DNA from: the human T2T-CHM13v2.0 reference genome, Homo sapiens | DNA: 64,000 nucleotides | Assembly (NCBI RefSeq): GCF_009914755.1 | Contig: NC_060926.1 | Strand: one strand, 5' to 3' | Shown: positions 1 through 13,300 of the stretch, one piece after another | Position numbering within the stretch: the stretch's first letter is position 1 | Layout of the letters: each line of letters opens with the position of its first letter | Notes under the pieces: generated by a model | What the model was told of the DNA's origin: nothing | Databases searched by the model: none | What the model saw: the letters and a program-made list of their open reading frames with translations, nothing else | Program-made: the position numbers and the translations under genes

Positions 1-125
1 TTCTAATTTTTAAAACAAGGATTACAGCAATTCCTATCTTATTGTTGAAGTGAAAAAATAAATTAGTTCACATAGAACACTGAATAGTGCTAAGTAGTTG
101 GAAGATGCTCAATAAATACTAGCAG
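1..125 (+). mobile_element. MIR 3' fragment
   Basis: Degenerate match to the MIR 3' end, ending ...gatgctcaataaatactagc. Confidence 0.5.
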
Positions 126-1713
126 TTTTAAGAAAGATCATTTAGATGAGTTTTCCTCCAATACTTAATATTCAAGTTGCTCCAGAAATATATGTCATAT
201 CTATCTTGTGGTCTCAGAGTACCAGGACGAAGGCATGCAGCAGACTCTTACACAATAGACTTGGGAGCCAGCAGGGCAATCACGATATATTCCTTCTTGG
301 AATGGCTGAGAACCAATAATCTCAGCCCTGTCCCACATCATGGAGGAACTAAAACCCACACCCCCACACTGTGGCACCCTCCTGCATGGCCCTCACAGCA
401 CACAAACATTCTCCACTCTTTACAACAGATGGACTTGGATGATCTGTGTCTCTCAAAAGATTTCATATAATGGAAACCCCTACATGTCTAGATCTGGTTT
501 TTGTTTTAGAATTGCCAGAGTCCCTGCAATAAAGAAGAAACACATCCTGAGATCAAACGTGACTCTTTTCTTTATTATTCCTTATGGACCTCTTTCAGTC
601 TATCTCCACATTATGGTACAGTTTTACCCTCCTGTAATCTTCAGGGGACACTGAAGCAGAGTGAGGTTTAGACCAAATCTAGGCATGCTGGTGTCACACT
701 GAGAAGTGAGGAAAAGAGGAAATAGAAGGTCTAAAAAAGAGATTAAGATGTGCTGTGATTTAACCTAGAGTGCTGTAAATTACTTCCAGTTTGTCACTTG
801 GCAGATTTGCTCCTCAATCCATGTCTGCTCTAAATATAAGTGCTCTGGGTTCCCAAAATACTTCTCCCTTCTCACCCCCTTTGATCATCTCATTCGTTGG
901 CAGATTTCAGACTGGTATGAATCAGTAAGTGTCCATTTAATTCTCTAAGGCTAGATTCAGTGATGTCCTTTAAGCAGATGGACAGATATTTTAGGAAGTG
1001 CTGGAGGTCTTGGTGTTACCTACTCAGTTGTGACACATGGGGAGGCCACTTGGTTTTGAAGCCAAAGAATAATGCCTTTACTATGGACAAATGCAATATA
1101 CAGCCCTCTCAGCACAATGTCCACTTGGGTGAAACACTCTGCCCCACTTCTGCCTGTGTAACTCATAATATCCCTCAAGGTGCTGTTCAAATTTTCTCTT
1201 CCAGGAAGCCCATGCCGATTCTCTCCTCCTTGTTCCTTCGGCTTTTTACTTGTACTAATTTTGTGATACATAGCCCTATCCATCTATAGTGTAGTGGGTT
1301 AGCATTATGACAGAACTCATCACCAAGTGATGAGTTCGTGCAGGGCAAGGAATGTGTCCATTTTCCATTCATCATCCTGAAATTTCATAGCAAACTTCCT
1401 GAAGCAATGAAGGGGCCAAATATAACTTTCAGAAGCCAATAGGCAATGTAGCTTGTTTAGAGAGAAGAACTACTTGAATGGATGTTCTCTCAGGGTGCTT
1501 AGAAACAAGGCCCTTCTGTAGGCCAGACCTTGAACTTAGGAGAGGGACAGCTCTTCTGCAGTACCCTTTCTCGTCTCTGCATTACTGGTGTCCTAGTGAC
1601 CTCACCTCCCGCCCAACCAAACCTGCTGCTCCCAGATCACGACCGAACCCTCCTTGCACTCTTCTGGGCTCTTCTCTCTGTAAGTTATCTTTCATGACGA
1701 AGGAGTTAATCAA

Positions 1714-1810
1714 TTTTTTTTTTTTTTTTGCCAAAAGGGTTTAAGGAAGTAGAACAAGCCTTCCAAAAGAAATTTAAAAAAACAAACAAAAAAAAAAAAA
1801 CAAAAAAAAA
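1714..1810. repeat. T16 tract (1714-1729) and A-rich tract (1776-1810)
   Basis: Directly visible homopolymer runs. Confidence 0.9.
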
Positions 1811-2343
1811 CATGCGTGTCTTTGTTTAAGATACTTCTTCTGCCTGCAATAAGGTGGTTGTGAAAGTGACAAAACATAGGTCTTTGGTTGGTTGCTGTTT
1901 TTCTCTCAGCCTGAGAGAAAAACAATGACTATTTTTTTTTCCAGTAAAGCCTCCCCCTTTAAAACTGGTTAACAATAGGCGCTATTGAGAGCACACCTGA
2001 AGCCTTCAGTGTATATGAAATCAGTGGGGGAACTCACAGCAGTCTCCAAGGCCTCTTTTTAAAATCACCTTGGACCTGGTATCTCAGAAAGAAAGTAAGA
2101 GAAGAAGCTAAATATCATTGCCATGCACAAGGCATTTCACTACTTGCTACTTTAATTTCTAAAAACTCTACAGCTCTATTATAAGGAGCACATAGTCTAT
2201 TATCTCTTGATAATAACCTTAAATAAATGCCAAACACAGAGGTCTAAAATTATTTCTGGCCTCATGCATCACTTACGTTCTATGTAATGGCCCTGAGATT
2301 GACTAAAAATAATGAAATGTATTCGGTATGCAGGTTTTTTTTC

Positions 2344-2362
2344 TGTGTGTGTGTGTGTGTGT
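2344..2362. repeat. (TG)n microsatellite
   Basis: About 9 TG units. Confidence 0.95.
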
Positions 2363-2514
2363 ATTTTATAGACTCTTCCAGAAATTAGTGCATGGATATC
2401 CCCTCTGATAACGTTAAAACTTTGCAAAAAATAGAAGGGCCCTTAGTGAGCCAAATTTTTCTTTTAATTTTTATAAAAAAATGCCCTTTGTGTATCTATC
2501 TCTTTCCTTGACTT

Positions 2515-3195
2515 GCCACTTCCAGTTGGTTCCCAAGTCCTCTTAGTTCATCCTCTTATCAATCCTACCTAAAATCCACACCTTCTTTTTTATCCTTATT
2601 GTCATCACTTCCCTCCAGGTCTTCATGACCTCTCAACTTTATTTTTGCTACAGCCTCTGCCTGATATTACCTCACTCTGGTCTCGCCATGCTGCTGTTAG
2701 AATACTTTTTCTGGCCTGTAAAATTGGGTTTTCATAGTCTTGTTTACTATTCCAAGTTAAAGCTAAACTTCTAAACACTTCAAGTACAACCTTTGGTTGA
2801 TACTGCTCCTGCCTGGTTCTATAAATGTTTTTCAATGCAGCTCCAGAAACACTCCCCATTTTATAGCTATAATCTTGTAGCTGCTCAAGTCTCCATTCTG
2901 TTTCATCCCTGGACTTCTGTTAATTCTGCTTTATCTGTTTAAAATTCCTCTCTCTTCACTGTCTTGCTGCCTAACTCCTAGATATCCATTCAAAGCCAGT
3001 AAGTTGTCACCATTTCCAACAAGGCCAGCAATATCCTCCCTGAGCCTAAACTCCTCCTTAGTAATCTCAGTGCCCTATGCATAAATCTATCCCTATGACC
3101 CCGTTACTCTCCTTTCTTTTTCCCTGGCTACATTTTAAATTCCTTGTGGGAAGAGACCTTGTCTTTGTATCTTCAGGATTTAGCATAATGTCTTT
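2515..3195 (+). mobile_element. L2 LINE 3' region, degraded
   Basis: Pyrimidine-rich L2-like sequence ending ...tccttgtgggaagagaccttgtctttgtatcttcaggatttagcataatg. Confidence 0.55.
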
Positions 3196-3914
3196 AAGAC
3201 CCCTTGTATAAAATTGATGTGTTCAGACAAATTAATGAGGTTGACACGTTGTTAGCAAATAAACAGGAACTTACGACTTCAAATGAATGCTGCCTTTTCT
3301 GAAAAAATTTTCTTTTTTAGCCTAAGGTGTAGGCTTAATCTAGTGAGGAAAGTCCTCTTTGGGGACAGCTTTTGGAGCCCATTTACGTGTCACATAAGGA
3401 AATTGGGCTCAACTTCATAGGCATGTTGCCATGTGTGACATAAAATTATCCCCCTGCTTCATCACCCGGCTTATTCATCAGAGTTGACTGAATGGCTTCT
3501 GATGAGGGTGAATTGTATTTTTGGCAACAAAGGACACAATTTGCTACCACTGAAAATTTTAAAAAGAAAAAAAGGTTCTCACCAGCTCTGAAATCCATTC
3601 TAAAGAGGAATCTTGTAATATATGTATTATCACCTGTGGGGACTGTTTGGAAGAATGGGTTTCAATTTTTGCCAAAGAATTGGTTTGCTTATTTCATCAG
3701 GCCTGTGACATACACGCAGCATGGGCTTAGTAACAAAAGCACAGATTTTAAAATCGAGTGCTTTAAACTTGATTTCTCACCCTGACTCCTGCCACTTATG
3801 TGGCCTTGGATAAGTGATGGACTTTTGGGGGAAAGAATAGAGTTCAGATTATTGTGCTAACATGAGGTCATAGATGCTCAAGAATGTTGGTAATCATTAA
3901 ATAATAACTTATAA

Positions 3915-4455
<541 letters not shown>

Positions 4456-5404
4456 TTTCCCCATTTCTTACAAAACTATCACCGCTTCCAGATCCTCTAG
4501 CAGTACAGACTCAACATGTTGATGAATTTTAATTTGGGACTATTTATATTTCCTTATCAAGTTATATTCATATAAACACAAGTTTTTGGTGACTCTCATT
4601 TACGAACATCTTACTTCAAATACATATAAAATTGAACACACGCAAACACACATGCACACTCCTCTACTCTAGATACTCTTCAAGAGACACTATATAACTC
4701 CCCAGGGGCTTGAGTGAGGATCACTTGTGAGGCATCGTTTTGGTGAATGATGTATCTCCAAACAGAGAGAAAATCTTTCTGAAGGGCTGTCACATGTAAG
4801 AGGGTGCAGGCAGTTTGTGTGGCCTCCAGAAGTCACAAGGAAGACAAATGGATGGAACTTACAGGAAGACACTATTTCAGTTTATTGTGAGCAGGAAGCA
4901 GGTGACAATCAGAGGAGCCCAAGAGCAGGGCAGGCTTCCTTGTAAGGTACAGCACTTCCTGTCACCGATGGCATCCAAACAGAAGGTGAAAGACCCCTGT
5001 CAAGGATGCCATAGACAAAACCCCCAGGAGGATGTTGGGTCACATGTCCTGTACAGTTCCTTACAGCCTTCGGGGTTTGAAATTTCATAAAGGATCCAGG
5101 ACTGTGGTGACCCTAACCCGGCTCAGTGGACCATAGAGCTGCCAGACCAAATACTCCATAACTCAGAGTGAAAGGGGCTCTGGGCAGGTCTCTCAGGACA
5201 GGGACAATGCCAGAGATGACATATTAATGTCTTTCCTAGCTTCTGTCTGATACAGAATGTCAGTGCTTAACTCTGTGCACAAAGTACTCATCAAGTAGAA
5301 AATCAGTAGTTTATTCTTTCACTGATATTTTTCAACTTAATATTTGCAATATTAATTGGACAATGTCTGCTGGAAAAGGTATCTAAAGATCTGAAAGGCT
5401 ACTT

Positions 5405-5530
5405 TTAAATAGGTATTTACAATGCCTGTCATTGTGTACAAGTTGACATATTTAGTGCTCTCAACAATATTTTGGAAATAGGTATTATCTTCATTTTACA
5501 GATTTGGAAATGTAGGCTTAGAGAGCTGCA
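5405..5530 (-). mobile_element. MIR fragment
   Basis: ggtattatcttcattttacagatttggaaatgtaggcttagagag resembles the MIR core. Confidence 0.55.
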
Positions 5531-6114
5531 TAGTCTTTATAACCAGAATGAGAAATGTCAGGCATGAAGACCACCACAGTGAGAGGAGGAAGATTTATTT
5601 GATACAAAGAACATGCATACAGCAATAGAGGACATATCTCCATCTGTAGAAATGGTTTCTCAGGTGTACCCATTCCAGATGCTGGGATCCACAGTTTTGA
5701 TCTCAGCTTTCCTTACCAATCACTCTCTTGATTCAGTGGTTTCTTGTTTCAGTTCCTTACAGGAAAACTCAATATCTCAGCTACTTAATGTGGGGGGCCA
5801 ACAGAAGCACCCAAGGAATTATAGGTTTGATCAGTGTGAATTGAAATTCATTTTCAATCTAGTGTGTCACATGGTCCATACTCAGTAGAAAGTGAAATAC
5901 TCTACTGAAATAATATGTCCCTCATGTCAATAAAAAATCATTATAATTTTTGTGTCAAGAATAATCCAGACTGGATTTCTAGCATTATCTCCTTCCCCCA
6001 CATTTTTCTCATATTTCCTCAAATAAATTAGGTCATTAGAGTTTGACAGCTTTGCATTTAAACCCGTGTCAGACACCACTCTGTAAAACATAGCAGGTTG
6101 GTTTGAGAACTGGT

Positions 6115-6460
6115 AGGAAATCCATACAATAGAATATTACAAGCAATGAGAAAGAGAATGAATAAACTACTGCTACATGTAACAACATAGATGAGTCACA
6201 AGGAATAATGTTGAACAAAAGAAGCCAGGCAGAAAATTTCCAGTTCAATTTGTATAAAACTAAAATACAGTATTTAAAGTAGAATGACAGGTATATTTTG
6301 GGGTAGGTATAGGTGAGACTCCAATAGGAACTTTGAGACGTTAGTGATGGTTTTTATTTTTCTTAAACCAGGATTTAAAATTTCACCAAGCCCAACATTT
6401 ATGCTTATTTGTGAGCTTTTTTTAAAAGGCTATATTTCAATTAAGAGCTTACAAAAAAAA
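6115..6460 (+). mobile_element. Old L1M (L1MC/ME-like) 3' end
   Basis: tccatacaatagaatattac...ctactgctacatgtaacaacatagatgagtc...aaaagaagccaggcag, ends in an A-run. Confidence 0.65.
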
Positions 6461-7299
6461 ATGCTTAGAAGAAACCACATTCAGACCTCTGCTCTGTTTC
6501 ACGAAAGCTAGTGATTTGAGAGAGCAGAATAATAAAAGCAGATGAGCATCTTTCTCCTCACTAATATCTTTCTCCCTCCCCATGGGATGAGTTTCTGCAA
6601 GTGCTTTCTAGGCAGGTAGTTTCTGACAAAATTAAGAAAGGAAATGAACTTTTGCTGCACTATTACGCTTTTACATACAACAACAATCAAAAAGCTGTTT
6701 AAGGAAGGCAGTTCAAACATCAGGCAACTGTGAGATCCTTGCAGTGTCCAAGATTCCATCATCTAGAAACGTGGAAAGTCTGGATTTGCAAAAGATATTT
6801 GCACAAGGTCACTCAGCTCAGAAGAGGCTCCCATCCTTTACATTCATGTTTTCAAAAGTGTATTTCTTATAACACTCATGCCATATGATGGCGATGGATG
6901 CCACAGATAAAAGGGTTCCAGAGGCAATTTAATGTCAGAAAGGCCATGTTACAGAATGCCTCATAGGCTTTCATATACTGGTTTACCTCTAGTGGACTTG
7001 TGTTGAGATCCATTGCATCAGATACCCTTGTCCCCATTAAAATGAACTTTAGTTATCTTGGGAGGCAGAGTGGAGGAAGTTGGGAGCAAGTATAAACACA
7101 ATGCATAGCTTGGTCCAGATCGCCAAATACCAATTTAATGTACTCAAAATTCTTAAAGGAAAATCTGCCAGGGATTGAAGTCACCATTCATGGAGAATAA
7201 GAGTGTTGCCAAAGGAAGAAGGAAAAATGAAAGTTGATAAATCAAGTACTGTGGATTCAAATCCCAACTTTGTCACTTGTGTCTTATACAAACCTTTCC

Positions 7300-7603
7300 C
7301 CCTTCTCCCACAGATATTTGTGTGGTTTGCATCCTCCCTTCTTTCAGAACTCAGCACAAATGCTACTTTCTGAGAGAGCTCTCACCTAAGCCTCTTCTGT
7401 AAAATAGAACTCCTATCACTACCCTCTACCCCCTGTCCTGCATTTCATTGTCCATAACACCAATTATCTGTTTATGTGTTTATTGTCTGCCTTTCACAAG
7501 AGAGTGAGTTTTATGAAGACAGCCTCTTTATCTTTTTGCATCACAACCATACTCTAGTGTATAGAACTATGCCTGTAGCGTTAGGGCTCAATAAATATTT
7601 GAA
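7300..7603 (+). mobile_element. L2 3' end
   Basis: tttattgtctgcc...tttatgaagacag...agaactatgcctg...gctcaataaatatttgaa. Confidence 0.75.
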
Positions 7604-8661
7604 GCGCCTTTTAAAATAGAAAATATTTGTGCAGATCTAAGATAATGTTAGCATTTACTGTTGGTTATTCTGTCTGTTTATTCTCTCTAGCTCTAGATAC
7701 ATGTCTATTCTTGAACTTTAGCCAGGAAAATTTGCCCTTGAATGTGCCAAAGTGTCCTCTATACCACCTAACCCTGTCCTGAACCTTGAACCTACTCAGC
7801 CAGACTACATGGTACCAGCATAGATCAACCTAGAAAACCTGCCCTGGTTTCCAGGAGTCTGGCTTCAGTAAATCACCCTTAGTCCCCTTGGTGTAATCCC
7901 AACTCAGAGGCTTTTAGAGTGTTCTTGGGGCTCCTTCCAGCATTCACAGCCACTGGATGCGAATGACTTCTCTGGCAGATAATTATGGGGTATAAACTCT
8001 AGAAAAGGTGGTCAAGACTCCATTCCAGAATTCTCCCTGAATCAGCGCCTCTGTAGCCTTTCATAGATTTGGCTAGCCTGTGTTATTCTCAATATGTTCT
8101 TCTACTGCCAGAAAACTGATGAAGGAAGCTGTCCTAGGTCCACACTGACTGAGGGCTGCCATTTTCAGGGAGAGTTCCGTACTGTCACTGGCTGAGAGAC
8201 TATGAGCCTAACATGGGGTTTCAGATTATTCTCAGATAATATTGTTTCTCTTTGGGCTTTGTCTTCAGGGTCCTCCCACCTGAAACTTGCTTGCATGGAC
8301 CATAACAATTAGCTATAGTGCCCTGAGAGTCATCTGGCCCAGGATGGATTCCTGCCATTTTGGTTAACACATGGATTGGTGGACACATTCCTCTCACCTT
8401 TCTTAGGTTTTGACCATAAACAGCATGGTAAATTAATTCTAAATGTAACTGGATTATATTTCCTTCTGGTTTGGGAACTTATATACTTCTTTCAATACTG
8501 GAGCCAAGGCTGTAATCCCCACTTTTTGGATTTACTAGGAAGTCTTATCCAAAGCACCTAGTCTCTTCCTGCCCATGAACTTTCTGAGCTCACTGATGTC
8601 CACTTGGAGGTGAGAAGTCCAGTGGGAGTGTTCTAACCTCAGTGCCATGGCCCAGTATCAA

Positions 8662-9303
8662 TATGTCAGTGAGGACTTGATAGGAGAGGCAGAACCAACA
8701 GGAATAATACATAAAAAAGATTTTTGTAGGGATTTAAACTTATACAATTATGGAAGTTGGTTGAACAGTATTTTTAAGGTTATTGCTTCTGTGTCTGCTA
8801 CAGGGGTCTGAAATCAGAATGGCAGAAAGTTAAAAAAGAAAGAGGCACATAAAGTAGGGCAGAGCAACGAGAAACTGAAACTTGTGGGAATAAACCAGAA
8901 CCCATGAAGAGAGACTGGAATCGACATAGGCTGTCACTGTCTTCAGTGATGTGGGTGACCTACAGTAGAAGCTTGCTCTCTTCCTCATGATGTTAAACAC
9001 ACATGGCCCACGAGTCATGAAGGAGGGGATGGTTGAAAGCTGGGAGAGCAGCAAGCCTTGCTGCTATTCCGTGCCAACAAGGTGAGCCAGCAGATAATCA
9101 GCAAAGTACCTACCTGGCAAAACAAGCCACCCTACACTGATTTTTGAAGACTTAGAGGAACATGACTGCTCCTTCGTTTCCGGTTTCCAAATTTCATGCA
9201 AAGTATCTCCAGTTGCCTGTACTGACATAGAACTATTCAGGGTAGGGAATTACAAGAAACATGCTCCATATTAGTTAAATGGACACAAGGTGAATCCACT
9301 ATA
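8662..9303 (-). mobile_element. ERV-L 3' LTR, MLT2F-like
   Basis: Antisense MLT2 termini (tatgtcagtgaggacttgataggagaggcagaacc... and ...ggacacaaggtgaatccactata); directly abuts PPT and ERV-L internal sequence. Confidence 0.75.
8954..9096 (+). pseudogene. Degraded APOA4-like coding fragment embedded in the LTR (not the APOA4 gene)
   Basis: Collinear blocks GDLQ*KLALF / AHES / MKEGM / KLGEQQALLLFRANKVSQQI vs recalled human APOA4 [10 protein letters not shown] / AKDS / LKEEI / [20 protein letters not shown]; contains a stop and frameshifts. Confidence 0.75.
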
Positions 9304-9563
9304 GTCCACCACTTTTTAGCTTGGCATTCATATCTTTATCATCATCTTTAAAAACTGTATTTAATTTCCAAATAAATACAATAGCAAAATCATGTTTTCC
9401 CTGGTCAATATACAAATACCCTTTGTAGAACCTAGGGTACAAACAAGCTGACTCTTTTCCCAAAGGAAGATACAAAATCTGTTTATCCATATTTGGGTAA
9501 TATATTTATCTTCTAACTGAGTTATATTTATATTTTTGAGATCCTATAGGTTAAATAGTAAGA

Positions 9564-10302
9564 TGTGAGGTTAATTACTTGCAACATAATAAAAAAAATA
9601 GGAATTTTTGTCTCTGCCCTGAGTTCTTGGCACAGACCTCCTACAACCTCTGTGCTGGGTGCATGTTTTGTTTTTGACCTTACTTCCTACACAGAATTCC
9701 TAATTCCTTGGCATTTCCTGGTAATGGGGGCCACTTTTGTTCTAATGAGATGACTCTGGGTGGGCTCCTGGGTGGAGGCTGGCCAACAGAAAGATGAAGC
9801 CATAATTAGAACCTTATAACTTTCAGGTCTACCCCCAACTTTCTCCAGGAAGGAGAGAGGGGCTGGATAATGAGTTAATTATCAATCATGCCTACATAGC
9901 AAAGCCTCCATAAAAATTCCTAAGGTACAGGGTTCAAAGAGCTTTTGGGTTGGTGAATAAGAACACATCCACAGGCTGGGGAGGAGGCACACTTCAACTC
10001 CAAGGAGTTTGAAACTCCTGTGTTTGATAACCTTCTGAACCATGCCCTGTGAATCTCTTCATCTGGCTGTTCAATTGTGTGCACTAAGATATACTCCATA
10101 ATAAGTTGACAATAGTGAGAAGGGGGTTGTGGGAACTTCCAATCTATAGCGAGTCAAACAGAAGTTGTGGTTGACTTGGGGACCTGCTACTTCCAATTGG
10201 CATCTGAAGTGAAGGCCAGTTTTGTAGGATTGAACTCCTTCTCTGTGGGGCCTGCGCTAACTCCAATTAATGTCTGAATTGAATTGGCCAGTGTGGGGAC
10301 AT

Positions 10303-10346
<44 letters not shown>

Positions 10347-10380
10347 CACAAGTGTTCTGTGTTGTTTTTCTCTCTACTCA
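9564..10380 (+). mobile_element. MER21-family solo LTR inserted in the ERV-L 3' region
   Basis: TG...CA; MER21 motifs gtctctgccctgagttcttggcacagacctcc, aatcatgcctac...gcctccataaaaa, ctcttcatctggctgttca. Confidence 0.8.
10305..10344. repeat. (AC)20 microsatellite inside MER21
   Basis: Perfect dinucleotide run. Confidence 0.97.
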
Positions 10381-13300
10381 CTTTTAACATATATTATGTT
10401 AAATGGTAGAGAAATGAGAGAATAAAAATTCTATGATATAAACACAAACATATTGGTATGAAAACAACAAATTAACATAACTGTTGCAGATCTCATTTCT
10501 ACAATTTGTCCCTTGATCATAGTTAGTTTTTATAATTGTCTTCTTCCACTGTCCATGGCACATTCCTTTTGCCTTCAGTAAGCTCCTTGGCTATTTTTGG
10601 TTCATTGCCAATAAGGTGACTCAAATCTTCATACCTGAAAAGTGGGTCATTAGCAGCCCTCTCTATTGATATTTTTTATATTACTTTTCTTTGACTTTAA
10701 TCAAGGGACTTGGGAGTATTCAGTGGACCTCACTCTGCATTCTATACATATTCTTTCTTAACCCCATTGTTAAGATGTCATCCAATGTCCTCTTGATAGG
10801 ATGAATTATGCATATCTATGCATAACTCCCTTCTTTGTCCGTTTACTTACATAATGGCCAGGGGAAAGCTTAACCTTCAGGCAGGGAAGCCATCTGAGTA
10901 TCCTGGTAGAAATGACTATCAGTTTAGAACTAAGAATTCTAGACATTTGGAATAGCAGAGCCCAAAGCTGTGCAGACAGGAAGCAAATATTTTACTGTGG
11001 ATCACTCGGAATGATAGTGAGAGGAGCTACTTCCATTTCTACCCCTTGTTCCCTGAGCTTATGAATATTGACAATAGGAGAAACACACCATTTGTTGGTT
11101 GCCAATTTAGGTCTGTACTGCATCCTTCACGATATTATCCCAGCAAGCACCCTGAGTTTTCAAAAGGTCATTTTAGGAGGATTCTTGGAAAATGTCAGAG
11201 CAGGAAATACTAGAAATCTGTGTCCCCACTCAGATAATAATTACACTGGTGGAATCTGCCGACACAACTCTTTTGGAACTCTGGAGACAATTGAAGGCTT
11301 CCAGGGCAAAGGCTTAAATGGTAAATTGTGGTTAATTTTACTCAATTTCAGTTCTTAGCTAGGCAGTAACTACTGATCTCTCACTCCCAGCCTTGTAACA
11401 CGAAGCTGTGCACATGTTCCTAGAGCAGCCGACAGCTTCTGGGAGTCGGAGTGGGAAATAAGGACACTTTTATTGCCCCAAATATTGGGGATGTATGTTC
11501 TAATCACTAATTGTTATTCCTGATCATAGAGTTTCAGACACAGAGTTGGGGACATGTTGTTGCACCTCCTCTCATTTTTGCAAGCCCCTCCCACTCCAGG
11601 TGGTATGTCTTCCAAGAGAATTAAAGGACTATCACCTTTTTATTTCCTCTTCATTTACTTATTTTTTTCTCCCATTGGAAGCCATACATTAAAGATTAGG
11701 ATATTCAAAGCAGCTCCATATATGGGGGACATTAGAAAGTCACCATGCATGCCCAAGGAAAGGTACAGGGTCAAAAGAATGCCTGAAAAGACCTTAAGTG
11801 GATACTCATGGCTTATTCTTGGCACAGATACATCATACAGCAATCAAACCAATCAAAACCCAAGAAAAATCCCCAGAAAACCCCAGGGAAGGGGTAGAAT
11901 CTCATCTATGGAATTACTACATTATTAGATCCCAATGTCCAGTTTCAACAAAACTGTCACAAGGCATACAAAGAAACAGAAAAGTATATCCCATTCAAAA
12001 GAAAAAAAGAAACCAACAGAAAATGTCCCTCAGAAAGGCCTGATGCCAGATCTACTAGACAAAGACATTAAAATAACTGTCTTAAAAATGCTCAAAGGAT
12101 GAAGGAAATACATGAAGAAAGTCAAGAAAGCAATGTATGAACAAAATGAAGATATCAGTAAGGATACAGAAAACCTTTTTAAAAAGCCAAAAGGAAATTC
12201 TGGAGCTGAAATATACAATAACTAAAATAAGAATTCACCAGAAGGATTCAAAAGCAGATTTGATCAGAAAGAATAAAGAATCAGTGAACTTGAAAATAAG
12301 ATAATGAAAATTATCAAGTCTGAGGAACAGAGAGAAAAAATAATTGCAGAGAATTAAAAAGATTCTAATGGACCTGTGGGGCACCATCAAGCAGACCAGC
12401 TTAAACATTATGGGAATCTCATAATGAAAAGAGAAAGGGAAAGGAGTGCAGAGAATATTTGAAGAAATAATGGCTCAAAATATTTCAACTTTGATGGGAG
12501 ACATGAATATGAACACCCAAAAAGGTCAATAAAGTACTAGTAGTATGAAATCAAAGAGATTCACACCAAAACATGTTAAAACCAAACTGTCAAAAGCAAG
12601 AAAAAATCTTAAAAAGCAGCAATAAAAAAGAAACTTGTCACAAACAATAAAATATCCTTAATAAGATTATCAGTAGATTTTACATCAGAAAATTTGGAGA
12701 GGCAATATGATGATATATTTGAAGTGCTAAAAGAAAAAAAATGAAAACAACCTCAACTAAGGATCCAGTATCTGGCAAAACCATCCTTCAAAAATAAGAG
12801 AGAAATTGACTTCCAGAGACACAAAAGCTGATAGAATTTGTTACCACTAGTCCTGCTCTGTGAAAAATTTTGAAAGGAGTCCTTCCGAGTGAAATGGAAT
12901 AAATAGAAGCTGTATGAAATAAAAAAATTGAGGAATAAAGATCTCAATAAAGGTAAGCACATGGACAATTATAAGAGCTAGTATTATAACAACATTAATT
13001 TATAACTTCACACTTCATTTCTACATAGTTTAAGAGATTAGTGTAGTAACAAAGAGACTATTAGTTTATAAAGATGCAATTTGGTGATATCAACATCCAA
13101 AAGGTGCAGGATCAGAGCTGTGAAAGAATAGTTTTGTATGGTAAGCTGTTATAAATTTAAATTAAATTTCTGTAACTTTAGTGTTTCATGTAATACCCAT
13201 GGAAACATAGAAAAATCTGTAGAATATACACAAAAGGAAATGAGAAAGGAATTAAAACATTTCATTACAGAAAAATCAACTAAACACAAAGAATATGTAG

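Noticed and set aside
960-1140. Possible hAT MITEs (MER20-like here; also ~6845-6950 and ~26945-27315)
   Set aside because: Similarity too weak to call by eye.
8954-9096. Window being the real APOA4 locus or a processed APOA4 pseudogene
   Set aside because: Only ~50 codons, with stop and frameshifts, no other exons, poly-A or TSD, and embedded in an LTR.
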